DNA of 63,065 nucleotides, the filler included, from Octopus bimaculoides (Eukaryota): assembly GCF_001194135.2 (NCBI RefSeq). It is 7 parts of 7 records of this genome, joined end to end, with 100 filler letters (N's around TTAATTAATTAA, not from the genome) between each part and the next. Parts side by side here need not be neighbours in the genome. Positions count along the whole stretch, not along the records: positions 21,643 to 49,882 come from NC_068991.1; positions 49,983 to 55,049 come from NC_068993.1; 5 more parts are not named here. One strand, 5' to 3'. Both the position numbers and the translations under genes were made by a program. Each line of letters begins with the position of its first letter. The stretch's first letter is position 1. The notes under the pieces are model-generated. The model was given only the letters and a program-made list of their open reading frames with translations, was not told where the DNA came from and made no database searches. Positions 36,935 to 50,149 of the stretch are shown here, in pieces.

Positions 36935-39118
36935 ACATATATATACACATATATATATGTATGTTAAATGTTTCATCAAAGAATCCACCGCTTTCTTTGT
37001 TGTTTGATTCCCACCTGGATTATTTCCTGGTATTTATTGAATCACAGCTGCAGCCACTCCCATCACCTGAATGAAAATATGTTTCAAAACTACACCAACC
37101 GCACAACAGGCCAGCCTGTCAGTCACTCAGTCAGTCAATTCATCAATCCATTTGAAAACAAATAAGGAACAAAAAATACACAAAAATTATATAATAATAA
37201 ATAAAACTATATGTAAATATTACGGGAAAATATTCTATTGTAAATATTTGTGATATTTAAGAATTTTAACTGATATGTTTGTCCTTCCGTTTCTGTCGCT
37301 GTTTGGATGTTTTTTTTTCATATCCCCTTCAGCCTTTCTCCTTCCCCACATCTTTCTTTTAAGGCCCCTCCCCATCTCATCTACATTTTCGTAGAATCGG
37401 TAGATATTTGTGCAAAATATTTACAGCTATTTTCTTACGTCTCTCTGACTTCTGAGTTCGATTTCTGCTTAGCTCTATTCTGCTTTTTCCCGATTCCGAG
37501 ATTGCTAAATAAACAACATTCTATAAAATAGAAATTTGGATCGATACAATCAGATATTCATTAGAAACAGTTATTTCTAGCCCCTCTGATTGCACTTCAT
37601 ACATCTATACATCTATACATATATATNNNNNNNNNNNNNNNNNNNNNNNNNNNNNNNNNNNNNNNNNNNNNNNNNNNNNNNNNNNNNNNNNNNNNNNNNN
37701 NNNNNNNNNNNNNNNNNNNNNNNNNNNNNNNNNNNNNNNNNNNNNNNNNNNNNNNNNNNNNNNNNNNNNNNNNNNNNNNNNNNNNNTATATATATATATA
37801 TATATATATATATCTTTCAAAAATAAGGTGATCAAGAATAAAAAAAAGCAACACAGATTTTAAAGGTTATTGCAGTACGCACGTTTCATGCTACTCCATT
37901 TATTTAAGTAATGCGAGCATTACATTAAATGCTAAATGCAGAGCAATCTTCAGCTGCACAAAGATATAGAAAATTTACTGAAAACTTCAGCAGAATGGAC
38001 AACATTATGGCAACATTTAAAATCTAAGTGGGAAGAAGAATACATAAAAATCCATCATGACATAGCCAAGGCTAGCAGGCTAGTAATTAATTCTAGGTAG
38101 AATTCTAACTGTCTCTGATTTTATTCGTTTCTTATCTAGTGATTTAAAGGGGGCAACCTTTCACTTATAAGGAAAGGGAAGGTGTAAGCATTATACATGG
38201 ATATAGTTATAAAGATTCCTCTGGTCATAGTGGCAACACAATTTTAGGTTAGGCTTTTTTTCCTACTATCATAATGTAGGGGAAATTTAACATTATGTAT
38301 CTAGGTCAACAGGTCATTTTCTTTAGTCTGAATAATGTATCAGTATTGTTTTACATATACTAAGTATGGAAAACTTATAGATATCAATATTAGCTTAATT
38401 ATGTTAATAATAAAGATGTAATTTGTTCATACAAAACCCTGAAGTAGTGTCAATTTTGAATTTAAAAGCTATAGATAAGGTGTGAAGTTTAAGAATTTTA
38501 TATATAATGGACTAAAGAAACTATTTTGAATTATTTAAAAAAAATTTTCATTTAAAATTTAAGCTAATATATCTAATATTATTTGAAAGACACATAAGAG
38601 ACAAAATTTATTTTTATAATGTAAAGAATTAATATAGGAATTATATAGTTATAATAATGGGTCTATCAAGGTTTAAGGAACAAAAAAAAAAGAATGGTAG
38701 GAATTAACAAAGAATTCAATAATAATCTAAGGCATCTAATAGAGAACATGATAATTATGTACTAGTTTAATTATACTATCTTATATAGTCAAGAACTTGT
38801 TATAAAACTAATATGGGTTAATTACAGAATATTAATGGAACAAGGATTAGATTTATTTAAGTCAAACTATAGAATAACTATAACACTACCACTACAAGCT
38901 CTGGAATAATGGAATAATAAGGATCCTTTTAGAGTCAGGCATAAAATAAAATAAAGTGTAAAATTTTTCACTGATGATATAATATATAAAATGATATAAT
39001 ATAATAATATAGCATAATGCAAAATATCTTATGATGTGAAAGCACAGCGAACTTGCCGACTTTTTGACAAATGTACACATATATTAGAATCTTAATATAA
39101 ATTAACACAAATATAAGC

Positions 39119-39280
39119 CTAGGCGTGACTGTGTAGTAAGAAGTTTGCTTCTAAATCACATGGTTCCGGATTCAGTCTCTGTGCTTGGCACCTTGGGCAA
39201 TTGTCTTCTACTATAGCCTCGGGCCGACCAAAGCCTTGTAAGTGGATTTGATAGACGGAAACTAAAAAAAGCCTGTCATA
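39119..39280 (+). mobile_element. Family B SINE 5' half (remainder in microsatellite and gap)
   Basis: AGGCGTGACTGTGTAGTAAGAAG...CCTTGGGCAATTGTCTTCTACTATAGCCTCGGGCCGACC. Confidence 0.88.
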
Positions 39281-39284
39281 TGTA

Positions 39285-39324
<40 letters not shown>

Positions 39325-39332
39325 TGTGTGTA

Positions 39333-39363
<31 letters not shown>

Positions 39364-40248
39364 ATGTATATATGTATATATAGAGAGAGAATTATATATA
39401 TGTCTGTATATATGTACATATGTATACATACATACATATATATATATATNNNNNNNNNNNNNNNNNNNNNNNNNNNNNNNNNNNNNNNNNNNNNNNNNNN
39501 NNNNNNNNNNNNNNNNNNNNNNNNNNNNNNNNNNNNNNNNNNNNNNNNNNNNNNNNNNNNNNNNNNNNNNNNNNNNNNNNNNNNNNNNNNNNNNNNNNNN
39601 NNNNNNNNNNNNNNNNNNNNNNNNNNNNNNNNNNNNNNNNNNNNNNNNNNNNNNNNNNNNNNNNNNNNNNNNNNNNNNNNNNNNNNNNNNNNNNNNNNNN
39701 NNNNNNNNNNNNNNNNNNNNNNNNNNNNNNNNNNNNNNNNNNNNNNNNNNNNNNNNNNNNNNNNNNNNNNNNNNNNNNNNNNNNNNNNNNNNNNNNNNNN
39801 NNNNNNNNNNNNNNNNNNNNNNNNNNNNNNNNNNNNNNNNNNNNNNNNNNNNNNNNNNNNNNNNNNNNNNNNNNNNNNNNNNNNNNNNNNNNNNNNNNNN
39901 NNNNNNNNNNNNNNNNNNNNNNNNNNNNNNNNNNNNNNNNNNNNNNNNNNNNNNNNNNNNNNNNNNNNNNNNNNNNNNNNNNNNNNNNNNNNNNNNNNNN
40001 NNNNNNNNNNNNNNNNNNNNNNNNNNNNNNNNNNNNNNNNNNNNNNNNNNNNNNNNNNNNNNNNNNNNNNNNNNNNNNNNNNNNNNNNNNNNNNNNNNNN
40101 NNNNNNNNNNNNNNNNNNNNNNNNNNNNNNNNNNNNNNNNNNNNNNNNNNNNNNNNNNNNNNNNNNNNNNNNNNNNNNNNNNNNNNNNNNNNNNNNNNNN
40201 NNNNNNNNNNNNNNNNNNNNNNNNNNNNNNNNNNNNNNNNNNNNNNNA

Positions 40249-41042
40249 CAACCGAAGAAGAGCCAAAGCTCAATCAAGTGCATGCTCATCGTTTTTTTTT
40301 TTCAACATCTTATTTCTTTATTGCCCACAAGGAACTAAACATAGAGGGGACAAACAAGGACAGACAAAGGGATTAAGTCGATTACATCGACCTCAGTGCG
40401 TAACTGGTACTTAATTTATCGACTCCGAAAGGATGAAAGGCAAGGTCAACCTCGGTGGAATTTGAACACAGAACGTAAAAGCAGACGAAATATCGCTAAG
40501 CATTTCACCCGGTGTGCTAACGATTCTGCCAGCTCGCCGCCTTTTTTTCAACATCTGCGGTATTGTGCATCGAGAATTCGTCCGCATAGACCAGACCGTC
40601 AATCGAGAGTTCTACTGCGAAGTTTTGAATAGTTTGAAGGAAGGACATTCGGCTAAAGCAACCGGGTTCTGTGGAGCGCGAAGAATTGGATTCTTCACCA
40701 CGACATTGCACTCTGTCACCAACTTCTCCTCACTCGTGAGTTTCTCACCAAAAAAACATGGTGTCGCTTCCACACCCGCCCAATTTGCCAGATTTAGCAC
40801 CTCCGGACTTCTATCTCTTCCCCAAGTTGCCGTTTTAACAACGTTGTCAAGATCCAGAGCGAATTGCGGAAGGTCCTCAACTCTCTTATGGAAAACGACT
40901 TCCAGGCTGGATTCCAAAAGTGGCAGGGGCACAGAGATCTGTGTATTGCTGCGCAAGCTAACTATTTTGAAGGAGATGATATGAAAGCTTAAGTTGTTTT
41001 TTTTAAACATAACTAGTCCGGGAATTTTTTGATACCACCTCG
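40249..41042 (+). mobile_element. Mariner family M1, second copy (3' half), interrupted by a family A SINE
   Basis: Colinear with 2180-2726. It ends ...GGGAATTTTTTGATACCACCTCG|TA (TA at 41043-41044). Confidence 0.9.
40311..40541 (-). mobile_element. Family A SINE, full length, inserted in the mariner with a 15-bp TSD
   Basis: TTTTTTTCAACATCT occurs at 40296-40310 and 40542-40556, but only once at the equivalent site of mariner copy 1 (about 2216-2230). Confidence 0.93.
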
Positions 41043-41064
41043 TATATATTAATATGTGTATGTC

Positions 41065-41277
41065 GTTGTGTTTGTGTTTTCTCTCTCCATCACTTGACAA
41101 TCGGTGTTGGTGTGTTTATATCGCCGTAACTTAGTGGTTCAGAAAAAGTGACCGATGGAGTAATTACTACGCTTAAAATGTAAGTCCTGAGATCGATTTG
41201 TTCGACTACAACCCTTCGGGTCGGTACTCCACCATGGCCGTAGTCAAATGACTGAAACAAGTAAAAGAATAAAAGAA
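41065..41277 (+). mobile_element. 3' half of a family B SINE
   Basis: CATCACTTGACAATCGGTGTTGG...CCATGGCCGTAGTCAAATGACTGAAACAAGTAAAAGAATAAAAG. Confidence 0.85.
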
Positions 41278-41610
41278 TTATAATTGAATGTGTAAATGAA
41301 TAAACATTCTTGAGCCCAAATGTTTCCCGTGGTCTTCAAATCTGTCAACGCGCCGAAAGACGAAAGTATTTCGATGAAATTGAAATTTCCCCTCACACAA
41401 GTGTCTGATATTCTTCACGTATTTCTACATTTTTGTCCTTGACGAGTGTGGAAATCACATGAAAAATCTAGAACCAAGAAAGTTCATTCATATTAACATA
41501 TACCTTTGTTGACAATTATATTATTCTTTACAAATCTACGATAAAGTTGTACATTGAAAATTGTGTTTTTATTTCATAAATCATTTTTATTATTATATGT
41601 ATGAAAGAAA

Positions 41611-42053
41611 GGCGGTGAGCTGGCAGAAACGTTAGCACGTCGGGCGAATTGCTTAGCTGTATTTCGTCTGTCTTTATGTTCTGAGTTCAAATTCCGCCGA
41701 GGTCGACTTTGCCTTTCATCCTTTCGGGGTCGATAAATTAAGTACCAGTTACGTACTGGGGTCGATCTAATCGACTGGCTCCCTCCCCCAAAATTTCGGC
41801 TTTGTGCATAGATTAGAAAAGATTATCATATGTATGAAAGAAGGCGGTGAGCTGGCAGAATCGTTAGGACGCCGGGCAAAATGCTTCGCAATATTTCGTC
41901 CGTCGTTACGTTCTGAGTTCAAATTCCATCGGGATCGACTTTACTTTACATCCTTTCGGGGTCGATAAAATAAGTACCAGTTGAGCATTGGAGTCGATGT
42001 AATCGACGGTCTCCCTTCCCACAATTTCAGGTTTTATGCCTATAGCAGAAAAG
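41611..42053 (+). mobile_element. Two head-to-tail family A SINEs (41611-41821 and 41843-42053)
   Basis: Both start GGCGGTGAGCTGGCAGAA and contain the B box GAGTTCAAATTCC and CATCCTTTCGGGGTCGATAAA. The same 17-mer lies before, between and after them. Confidence 0.93.
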
Positions 42054-42082
42054 ATTATTATATGTATGAATATAGGTATTAT

Positions 42083-42378
42083 GGGTGTGTGGTTTCTGGT
42101 TAGGGTATTCGGTTCACGATTGTAAGTTCGTGAGTTCGATTCGCGTTGTGTCCTTGAGCAAGACACTTTATTTGACGTTGCTCCAGTCCATTCAGCTGGC
42201 AAAAATGCGTTGTACCTATAATTTAAAGGGCCGGACATGTCATATTTTGAATCTTCCTGAGAACTACGTTAAGGACACGCGTGTTTGTAGAGTGCTCAGC
42301 CACTTGCACGTTAATTTCACGAGCAGGCTGTTCCGTTCAGATTAACTTGAAGCCTCGTCGTCATGACCGACGGAGTGC
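42083..42378 (+). mobile_element. Family C SINE
   Basis: GGTTAGGGTATTCGGTTCACGAT...GAGTTCGATTCG...CCTTGAGCAAGACACTTT...GACCGACGGAGTGC. Confidence 0.85.
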
Positions 42379-42619
42379 TAGTATATATAGGTATTATACC
42401 TCTTGTATTTAATGAGAACATCTGTGTAAAATAATTTTACCAGAATATATCCACTTTCAAGAGAGGGACTTTGAACTTGTCTTTCTCTTCATAAAAAGTG
42501 AGTGGTTCTTAGCCTTTATTGAGAGCGGAACTCCTCGGTATTCATGGCTGATAAAGTATGTAAATTTAAGTGTTAAGATGTGTATACATTATTCTTATAC
42601 AACAGATCAATCCTGGAAC

Positions 42620-43090
42620 GCACTGAGCAGTTGTCTGAAATATAGAGAATGTTGAAATCTTCCAAATAGGCCTACAAAAGTGCATTGCGTGCTTCCAGTA
42701 CACAAATACTTTACAAGCCACTCTATGTTAATCTCAGTAATAATCTTGCTGTCTAGATTTGTGCGACAATCAAAACTAATATCCTAGAGAATTTAGTCTA
42801 GCCTCACCAATCCCTTCGAATTCAAATAATCCTGACGTTTTAAGTGATACAATACAACTGTCAACTATAAAACGGTTACCAATCCTGACAGAATCCTTCT
42901 CCAGGATGTTCCGTTCAATCGTATAGAACCACGTATTTGTAATTGTTTAATGAAAGTAGCTATCAATCCATAAAGCTCTAATCTTAAGAGGAGTACTTGA
43001 TTAATTAGTGTTATACTGCTAAATTAGGTAAGATCGTAGATGACAGCTGCCGTGTTATCACTGACGTTTGTTATATCAACTTTTCATGCC
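42620..43090 (-). mobile_element. Possible very old CR1-group RT fragment
   Basis: Minus-strand translations QVLLLRLELYGL, LNGTSWRRILSG and LEARNALL*AYLEDFN loosely resemble CR1 RT motifs in the correct order. There are many stops. Confidence 0.35.
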
Positions 43091-43628
43091 ACATCTTTGT
43101 TTAATCTCTAGAAACGTGTTATGAAGGTGAAATACTCTGCTTGCACACCAGCTATAATAATATGAAAGTGAAAATGTTCAAACTAAACCTAACGTTCTAA
43201 GAAAAGCACATCGAAACATAGCTATTAATAGCATGTTAACGGAGAGCCTAGTCATCATATCTGAAAAACGGACAATATAACCATGAGTGGGACACTATTG
43301 ATTATAGATCTGGTTAATCGCAATAAACCTAAAGGTTAAACAACTGCTAGCACCATTATTATTGTCATCATCATGATCATCAATTTTTGTACATCACATT
43401 CAGCAATCATCATCATCATCATCATTGAAACAATAAAAACTTGGATAGAAATATTAGGAACATAAACAAAAACATAACGGACAATAGTAACGAATACAAT
43501 GTGCATTGTTTATATACGGATTTACGCTTTGCGTTGTAAAAATTCTAACTTCTCTGTATTTGACGTCAGGATTGAAAAACAAAAAAAAACATAAAGTGAG
43601 AGGTATGTATTCTCAACTAACAACTATT

Positions 43629-44970
43629 ATCTTTTAATTCTGTGGTTCTCGAACTTATTCTTACGTGGAACCCATTACACTATTTTCGGGAAAATTGCGT
43701 AATCGATACCTGTTTGTTAAAACACATTGCCCACTTATTTCTATTTAGGCATTAAATGAAACTTAGATTGTTTCAGAGAGAGTAACATTCATATAACAAT
43801 ATATAACTTATTTGGAGAATAACATTTGTTTATAAAATGAACTTTTAAAATTTATTTAAAGACACTTTACCTCACGGAACCCCAGACTGTATTCACAGGA
43901 CTCATTTTAAGAAACCTTGCTTAAAGACATGACCAATGATAGTTTGATGAAATTAAAGAAATCTATTTAATCGACCCTTATGCGAGATTAGTTCTTGTTT
44001 TCATGACGAAGAATGAAAGCCAGAATCAGTTTCAACGAGTTTTTGTTTTACTTCGAACATAAGCTCTTTAGTAATTACCTCAAGACATTTAGTCCAGCTC
44101 TGAACTGTATTTATGCTGTCCCTTGTTCATAATTCTCAGATTATATCGTCTTTTTTATTAATCAGATGAAGGAGGACATCAACCATGATTGGTGCGAGAG
44201 AGGACCGATGAATGACATCCCCTCATGGCAGATGTGGTTAGAATGCTTGCAGCAGAGCAGATTCTTCTAAAAGGACCTAAAGGCCAGGCGATGGTGCTGG
44301 AAACAGAATAAGCCTATAGAAACAAGATCTTAATAGCTATGACATGCTCTCAGACAGTTTCTCTCTCGGCCAGATTTCATTAAAAAATCATTGATTTACA
44401 GACGATGTTGTGGATCATGCTTATTGGTGCTGCGCACTAATTTAATTATGACAGTAAGGTATTTGACGTTGCGCTTTCTATGATATTCTCAACAACATTA
44501 CTGTGCAAGTGGATTGAGACTTCATTTGCCAATATTGATTTCTCATTGCTATACAATATCTTATTGTTTGATGCCAGCTGAAAAGCTAATTAATTATTGC
44601 TTAATTGGAATTCAGTGCACCACCGATTTTCCTGCTACCTTGGTTCCAGACCATTTCTGGAATACCAACTTTGATGGTCTAACTGCTGTTGCGTCATCAA
44701 TAACCAAATCTTCACGACTGACCTTTCATTATTTACTAGAAGCATTATAAAGGCGGATACATTCTCCCCACCCTTCAACTATGATAATATGATGGTGCAA
44801 ATGCATAAATCGAAATCTAACATCATGTGCTAACTTCTCAATCCTTGGATATCTTCTTCAGGACTTTTTTCAAACATAACCATGAAGGGCATATGTTTAC
44901 AAGTCCTTCCCGAAAATAGTGTAATGGGTTCCACGTAAGAATAAGTTCGAGAGCCACAGAATTAAAAGAT
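43629..44970. repeat. 64-bp inverted repeat pair (43629-43692 and 44907-44970), 63/64 identical
   Basis: ATCTTTTAATTCTGTGG(T/C)TCTCGAACTTATTCTTACGTGGAACCCATTACACTATTTTCGGGAA and its reverse complement. Confidence 0.95.
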
Positions 44971-44994
44971 TAAGGCAAATATTGTATTTGCCTC

Positions 44995-45187
44995 AAATTT
45001 TGGCACAAGGCCAGCAAGTGCGGTGGATGGGGTAAGTCCATTACTCCTGTACTCAACTGGTACCTATTTTATTGACCCCGAAAGGATGAAAAGCAAAGCC
45101 GACCTCAGCGGAATTTGGACTCAGAACCTGAAGACGAACGAAATGCCTCTGAGCATTTTGCCCGACTCGCTAACGACCCTGCCAGCC
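44995..45187 (-). mobile_element. Family A SINE
   Basis: AAATTTTGGCACAAGGCCAGC...GACCCCGAAAGGATGAAAAGCAAAGCCGACCTCAGCGGAATTTGGACTCAG...GCTAACGACCCTGCCAGC. Confidence 0.85.
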
Positions 45188-45892
45188 TTAATCTAATACT
45201 ATATATATATATATTAGCCAATGTAGATTGTATAACAGCTGTTGGGAAATGGCAAAAGGACAAAGAAAATATGGCTGCTATTTCTAGCAATTCTGTTGAC
45301 CATGGGGTTGGCAGAAATGTTCGATAGCTGAAGTAACTGGTGACGGAGATGGAGATGGTAGTGGTGAGATCAGATGGTGATGGTAGAGAGTGAAGTGGTA
45401 GAGATCGTGATGATGGTGTGATCAGGCGGTGATGGTGCAGGGAGAGGTGGTAGAGAGGATGAGGTGGGATGGAGATGATGATGGCGGAGTCTGGTGGTGA
45501 GGGTAGGAAGGAAGGGAAAGAGCCTATTTGTGCCAGCAGCAGAAATCGAAGAGTTTAAATATATGTAGAAATAATTGAGAATGTAAAATATGTAAATAGA
45601 ATATAAGTATAAGTATGTATGTATGATTGTATGTATTAATACATGCACGTATGTGGAGAAAGAAAGAAGAAAGAAGGAAAATGTATATATGTATATGTAT
45701 ATGTGCATATATGTATCTATCTGTATGTAAACATATGTGCGTATATTAGTGTGCATGCATACATGCATATATGTATGTATGTATATATGTATGTATGTAT
45801 GTATGTATGCATGCATGCATGTATGTATGGATGGGTGGATGGTTGGATGGTTGAATGAATGGATGGATGGATGGTTGGTTGAATAGATGGAT

Positions 45893-45929
<37 letters not shown>

Positions 45930-46038
45930 NNNNNNNNNNNNNNNNNNNNNNNNNNNNNNNNNNNNNNNNNNNNNNNNNNNNNNNNNNNNNNNNNNNNNNN
46001 NNNNNNNNNNNNNNNNNNNNNNNNNNNNNNNNNNNNNN

Positions 46039-46131
<93 letters not shown>

Positions 46132-46953
46132 TATATATGCATATACATATGTACATACATATTTTACGTGTGTGCTTGCGTCTGCAAGAGTTCAAAAGTC
46201 AAATTGTGGTGTAAAAAACTTCAAGAATAATAGACGCGAGAAAAGAAGAATGGAAAAAGAATTACGAAAATGAAGGAAATAGAAAGAATGCTGACTATGT
46301 ATGTATGTATGTATGTATGTATGTATGTATGTATGTATGTATGTGTGTATGTGTGCGTGTATGTATGTATGTATGTATTTATATTTGTATGTATGTATGT
46401 ATGTATGTAAGTACTGGGTTGAAGAAAGAGGGGTAGAATATACAAAGTCTATATTGAAGTGAAATTGAATGAATTTAACGAAAAAAATTTAGGAGCAGCA
46501 AATATTAAACATTTACAACAAGAACAAGACAAGCACGAAAAGTAATAAGAAAAATAAAACAACATAAATAAAGAGGGAGTAAAAAAAAATCCTGAAAGTC
46601 AAGATAAAATCAAAAACAGTTGGTTGAACGCATAGAAAGCTTTTGTTTCTATTCATATTTAGTCTTCATGTCTTCTCTCTGTGTACATACACACGCATGT
46701 TAGTATATATGAGAGTATGCATATGTGGTTGTCGGTGTGTTTAATTCTTCTTATTTGTGTTCCTCATTATGGCGTCGTCGGCATTGTTATATCAAGATTT
46801 GTAAGATATTTTTTGTTGTTATAGTTTATTTGTGTGATTTGTATTTACTCTAAATGTTTGTTATGTTTGATGTTGTTGTCGATGCAGCTTTTCTTGCTCT
46901 TGATAGCTGAGGAGAGTGTCTTACACATGACTGTTTATTCATATAAGTATACA

Positions 46954-47012
<59 letters not shown>

Positions 47013-47128
47013 GAGAATATACAAAAAATAACAACAGACGAGGACAGGTGGTGNNNNNNNNNNNNNNNNNNNNNNNNNNNNNNNNNNNNNNNNNNNNNNN
47101 NNNNNNNNNNNNNNNNNTATACATTCAT

Positions 47129-47163
<35 letters not shown>

Positions 47164-47202
47164 TAGATGGATAGATAGAAAGATAGATAGATAGATAGAG
47201 AG

Positions 47203-47233
<31 letters not shown>

Positions 47234-47581
47234 TGTGTGACCATGTATATATATATATATATACATGTATGTACACTTGCCTATATATTTCATGCATGTG
47301 CACGTGTGTATGTGCGTGCCTGCGTGCATATATGCTGCGTATTTGAGCATAACTTTCTATATGTATAGATATCAATACATACAACCACACATGTACTTAT
47401 TACATACGCACAGATTGTATGAGTGTTTTATACACATCATATATATAGATGCGTATATGTGTGTGTGTCGTATGTGTGTGTATATGTGTATCTGCGTATG
47501 TATGTATGTATGTATGCATACATGCATGCATGTGTGTATGTATGTATGTATGTGTGTATGTATGTATGTATGCATAATTTA

Positions 47582-48345
47582 TTGGGTTGGCCAAAAAGTT
47601 CGGATTTTAAGCGAAAATAAGACACAAATTTTAAACACAAAATGATTTACTCAATCCGTGATATAAATATCGTTTCTTTCCAGTATCTTCTGCCATATTG
47701 TGAGTAGATCCATTATTCCCTGCTCAGAAAATTTCCAATCTTTACTGGTGCATACCTCTTCCATGTGAATTTTAGATATGAAGAACTCATTTAATTAAAT
47801 TTGGAGAGACCGGAACAGGTGAAAATCTGAAGGTGCAAGATCGGGCGAATATAGAGGATACAGCAAAACTTCCCATCAACTTCTGCCGCGTGTACAAAGA
47901 AGTGTGCAGTCTGATATTGTCGAGATTAGCAAATACTGGTCGCTTCTGATTAACCGCTGCGTTTAATTTGCCCGTCTGCTTAGAGAACACATCCGAAATG
48001 ATGGCCCTGTCCGTGGAAAGATGCTCGTAGAAGACAAACAACACTCTTTCAATCCCACCAGATTGAAAGCATAACATTCTTTGAGCGAAGTCCTGTTTTG
48101 GTTGTTGTTTGTGGAGCTCGGTGCGCTTCCTCCATGATCATTTGCGCTTCCAATTTTATAGACAATCCATTTTGCTTCTCCTGGACCGTTCTCTTAGGAA
48201 AAAAGGGTTTGTTTTCTTCACGTGACTGCAACGAATCACAGATAGAAATCCGTTGGGCGACGTTAGCTTTATTCACATGATGTGGAACACAAACATCGAC
48301 CCTGCTGACGTAATCAAGTTGATGCAGCTGATTTTCAACACTCGA
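47582..48345 (-). mobile_element. Mariner family M2 (mellifera-like), 3' two-thirds, decayed
   Basis: TA|TTGGGTTGGCCAAAAAGTT terminal repeat at 47580-47600. Minus-strand motifs include VPHH.NKAN..QRISICDSL, KNVMLSIWWD, KLNAAVNQKRP, DNIRLHTSLYTRQKL and YSPDLAPSDFHLFRSLQ. The 5' side is truncated next to a family B head fragment (48360-48410). Confidence 0.9.
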
Positions 48346-48636
48346 CTTGAATATTTAGAGACTGAACCCAAAACCATGTGGTTGGGAAGCAAGCTTCTTA
48401 CCACACAGTTATGTTGGCGCAAACAAGAAAAATAGAACTCAAAATATGAGTATATGTATATTTTTCTTAATATTTAGCAGAAGCAACAGAGTGACTCAAG
48501 TTTCGAGTGTTTCGTATGTTGGCACTTATCAAAAGTGCAAAGTGACAGTATCAATAATATATCTATCTATCTATCTNNNNNNNNNNNNNNNNNNNNNNNN
48601 NNNNNNNNNNNNNNNNNNNNNNNNNNNNNNNNNNNN

Positions 48637-48708
<72 letters not shown>

Positions 48709-48739
48709 ATAAATGGTATATAGTATGTATAAATCACAG

Positions 48740-49823
48740 TATGTGTGTATAATGACTAACGCGTACATTTCCACAATTGTCAACCGATTTTCATCAAACT
48801 TTACATAAACATTACTTATATCCCAAGGATGGTCATGCACTAAACATTTTGTCCAGAGCTCCCGCGTAAATGGACCTAGTTTCTTTTTATGTAGGGTCCT
48901 CTTTACCTTTTTAATCTTTTTATAAAAGTGAAAGGATTTTGTCTATTTATTTATTTATTTTGACTGTCCACCTGCCACGGTGATTAAATTGGCTAAGAAC
49001 ACTGTACGCGATGAATATCCAATACCGAATAATCTTAACCTCCATATCTAAACTGCATCAAACTTTCGCAAGCTAACCATTACCTATTCTGAGTTACTTG
49101 AAAGGTGATGTTCCCTTCCATCTCTTCTATTTGTTGGTACCTTTGTTTACTTACCAATGCGTTGTTTCACTTTAAGGATGCTTATTTACCCATGCATTAT
49201 GATCTTTAGATTGTTGTCCATTGTTTCAAATACGTTCTAGCATTGTCGTTCTAGCCTTTTTTAAACTATCACATGTGATTCGTTTCAAAGAAATAAGAGT
49301 TTTGCTTCCACTAACGGAAGCTATACGTATCTTTCAGAAAGCTCCATACCAATTTAACTTTATGCAACATTCGCTGTTTGTTTATGCGCAGGCTATGTGT
49401 GAAGAAAGAATAAAGGGGCTTTTGTTAGCTTATCTCGCCAAAGAAATAGCTCCCTTTGCAGTTGAAAAAAATAAAGTCGCTGAGGGGAAGTTTCAACATC
49501 TTCCTTCAATTTCTTTACACCATTCGTGTGACTGTTTCTGACAAGAAATTTTACTTTTATCAAAAACAACTATATTTTGTAATCATTATCCGTAATCTAC
49601 TCCCAAAACATTTCAGTAGCGCTACTTTGCATCGCTCGCACCTATGATAATTAAAGTGCAAGGACCTCCACAATAACCAGCCTTGAATTTGATTTTCCGT
49701 TCCTAGGTTAAACGGAAACAGATTGCCGTGCTACTCATAAACCTTCTCGGTAGTTCAATTATTTGGTGAATAAAATGCCAGCAAAGCAAATAAATCCGTT
49801 CAAAGGACGGGTGCGTTTGCTAC
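48740..49823 (+). mobile_element. Possible non-autonomous Helitron-like element
   Basis: AACCGATTTTCATCAAACTTT lies near the 5' end. The 3' hairpin CCGTT-CAAAG-GACGG (49796-49810) sits 9 nt before CTAC|T, a variant of CTAG. No convincing Rep/helicase motif is present. Confidence 0.3.
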
Positions 49824-50149
49824 TATATATATCTCATTTTTATTTCATTCTGTTAATTCATATATATATATATATATATATANNNNNNNNNNNNNNNNNN
49901 NNNNNNNNNNNNNNNNNNNNNNNNNNTTAATTAATTAANNNNNNNNNNNNNNNNNNNNNNNNNNNNNNNNNNNNNNNNNNNNATTGTGGAGATTTTCCTT
50001 GACACAGTATTTTTTCCTTTTTATTTTTATGCCATTTAACTGGAGGAATATATTGTAAATAGACATTCATTCAATCATTGGACAGCATCAGTATGTATAT
50101 GTGTACCTATGTTTATAAGAAACTCTAGAGAGAGAGCTGAACCATAGAA

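Noticed and set aside
49221-49541. 106-aa non-repetitive ORF
   Set aside because: It has no recognisable motif, starts at TTG and has no splice context; it may be part of a decayed element.
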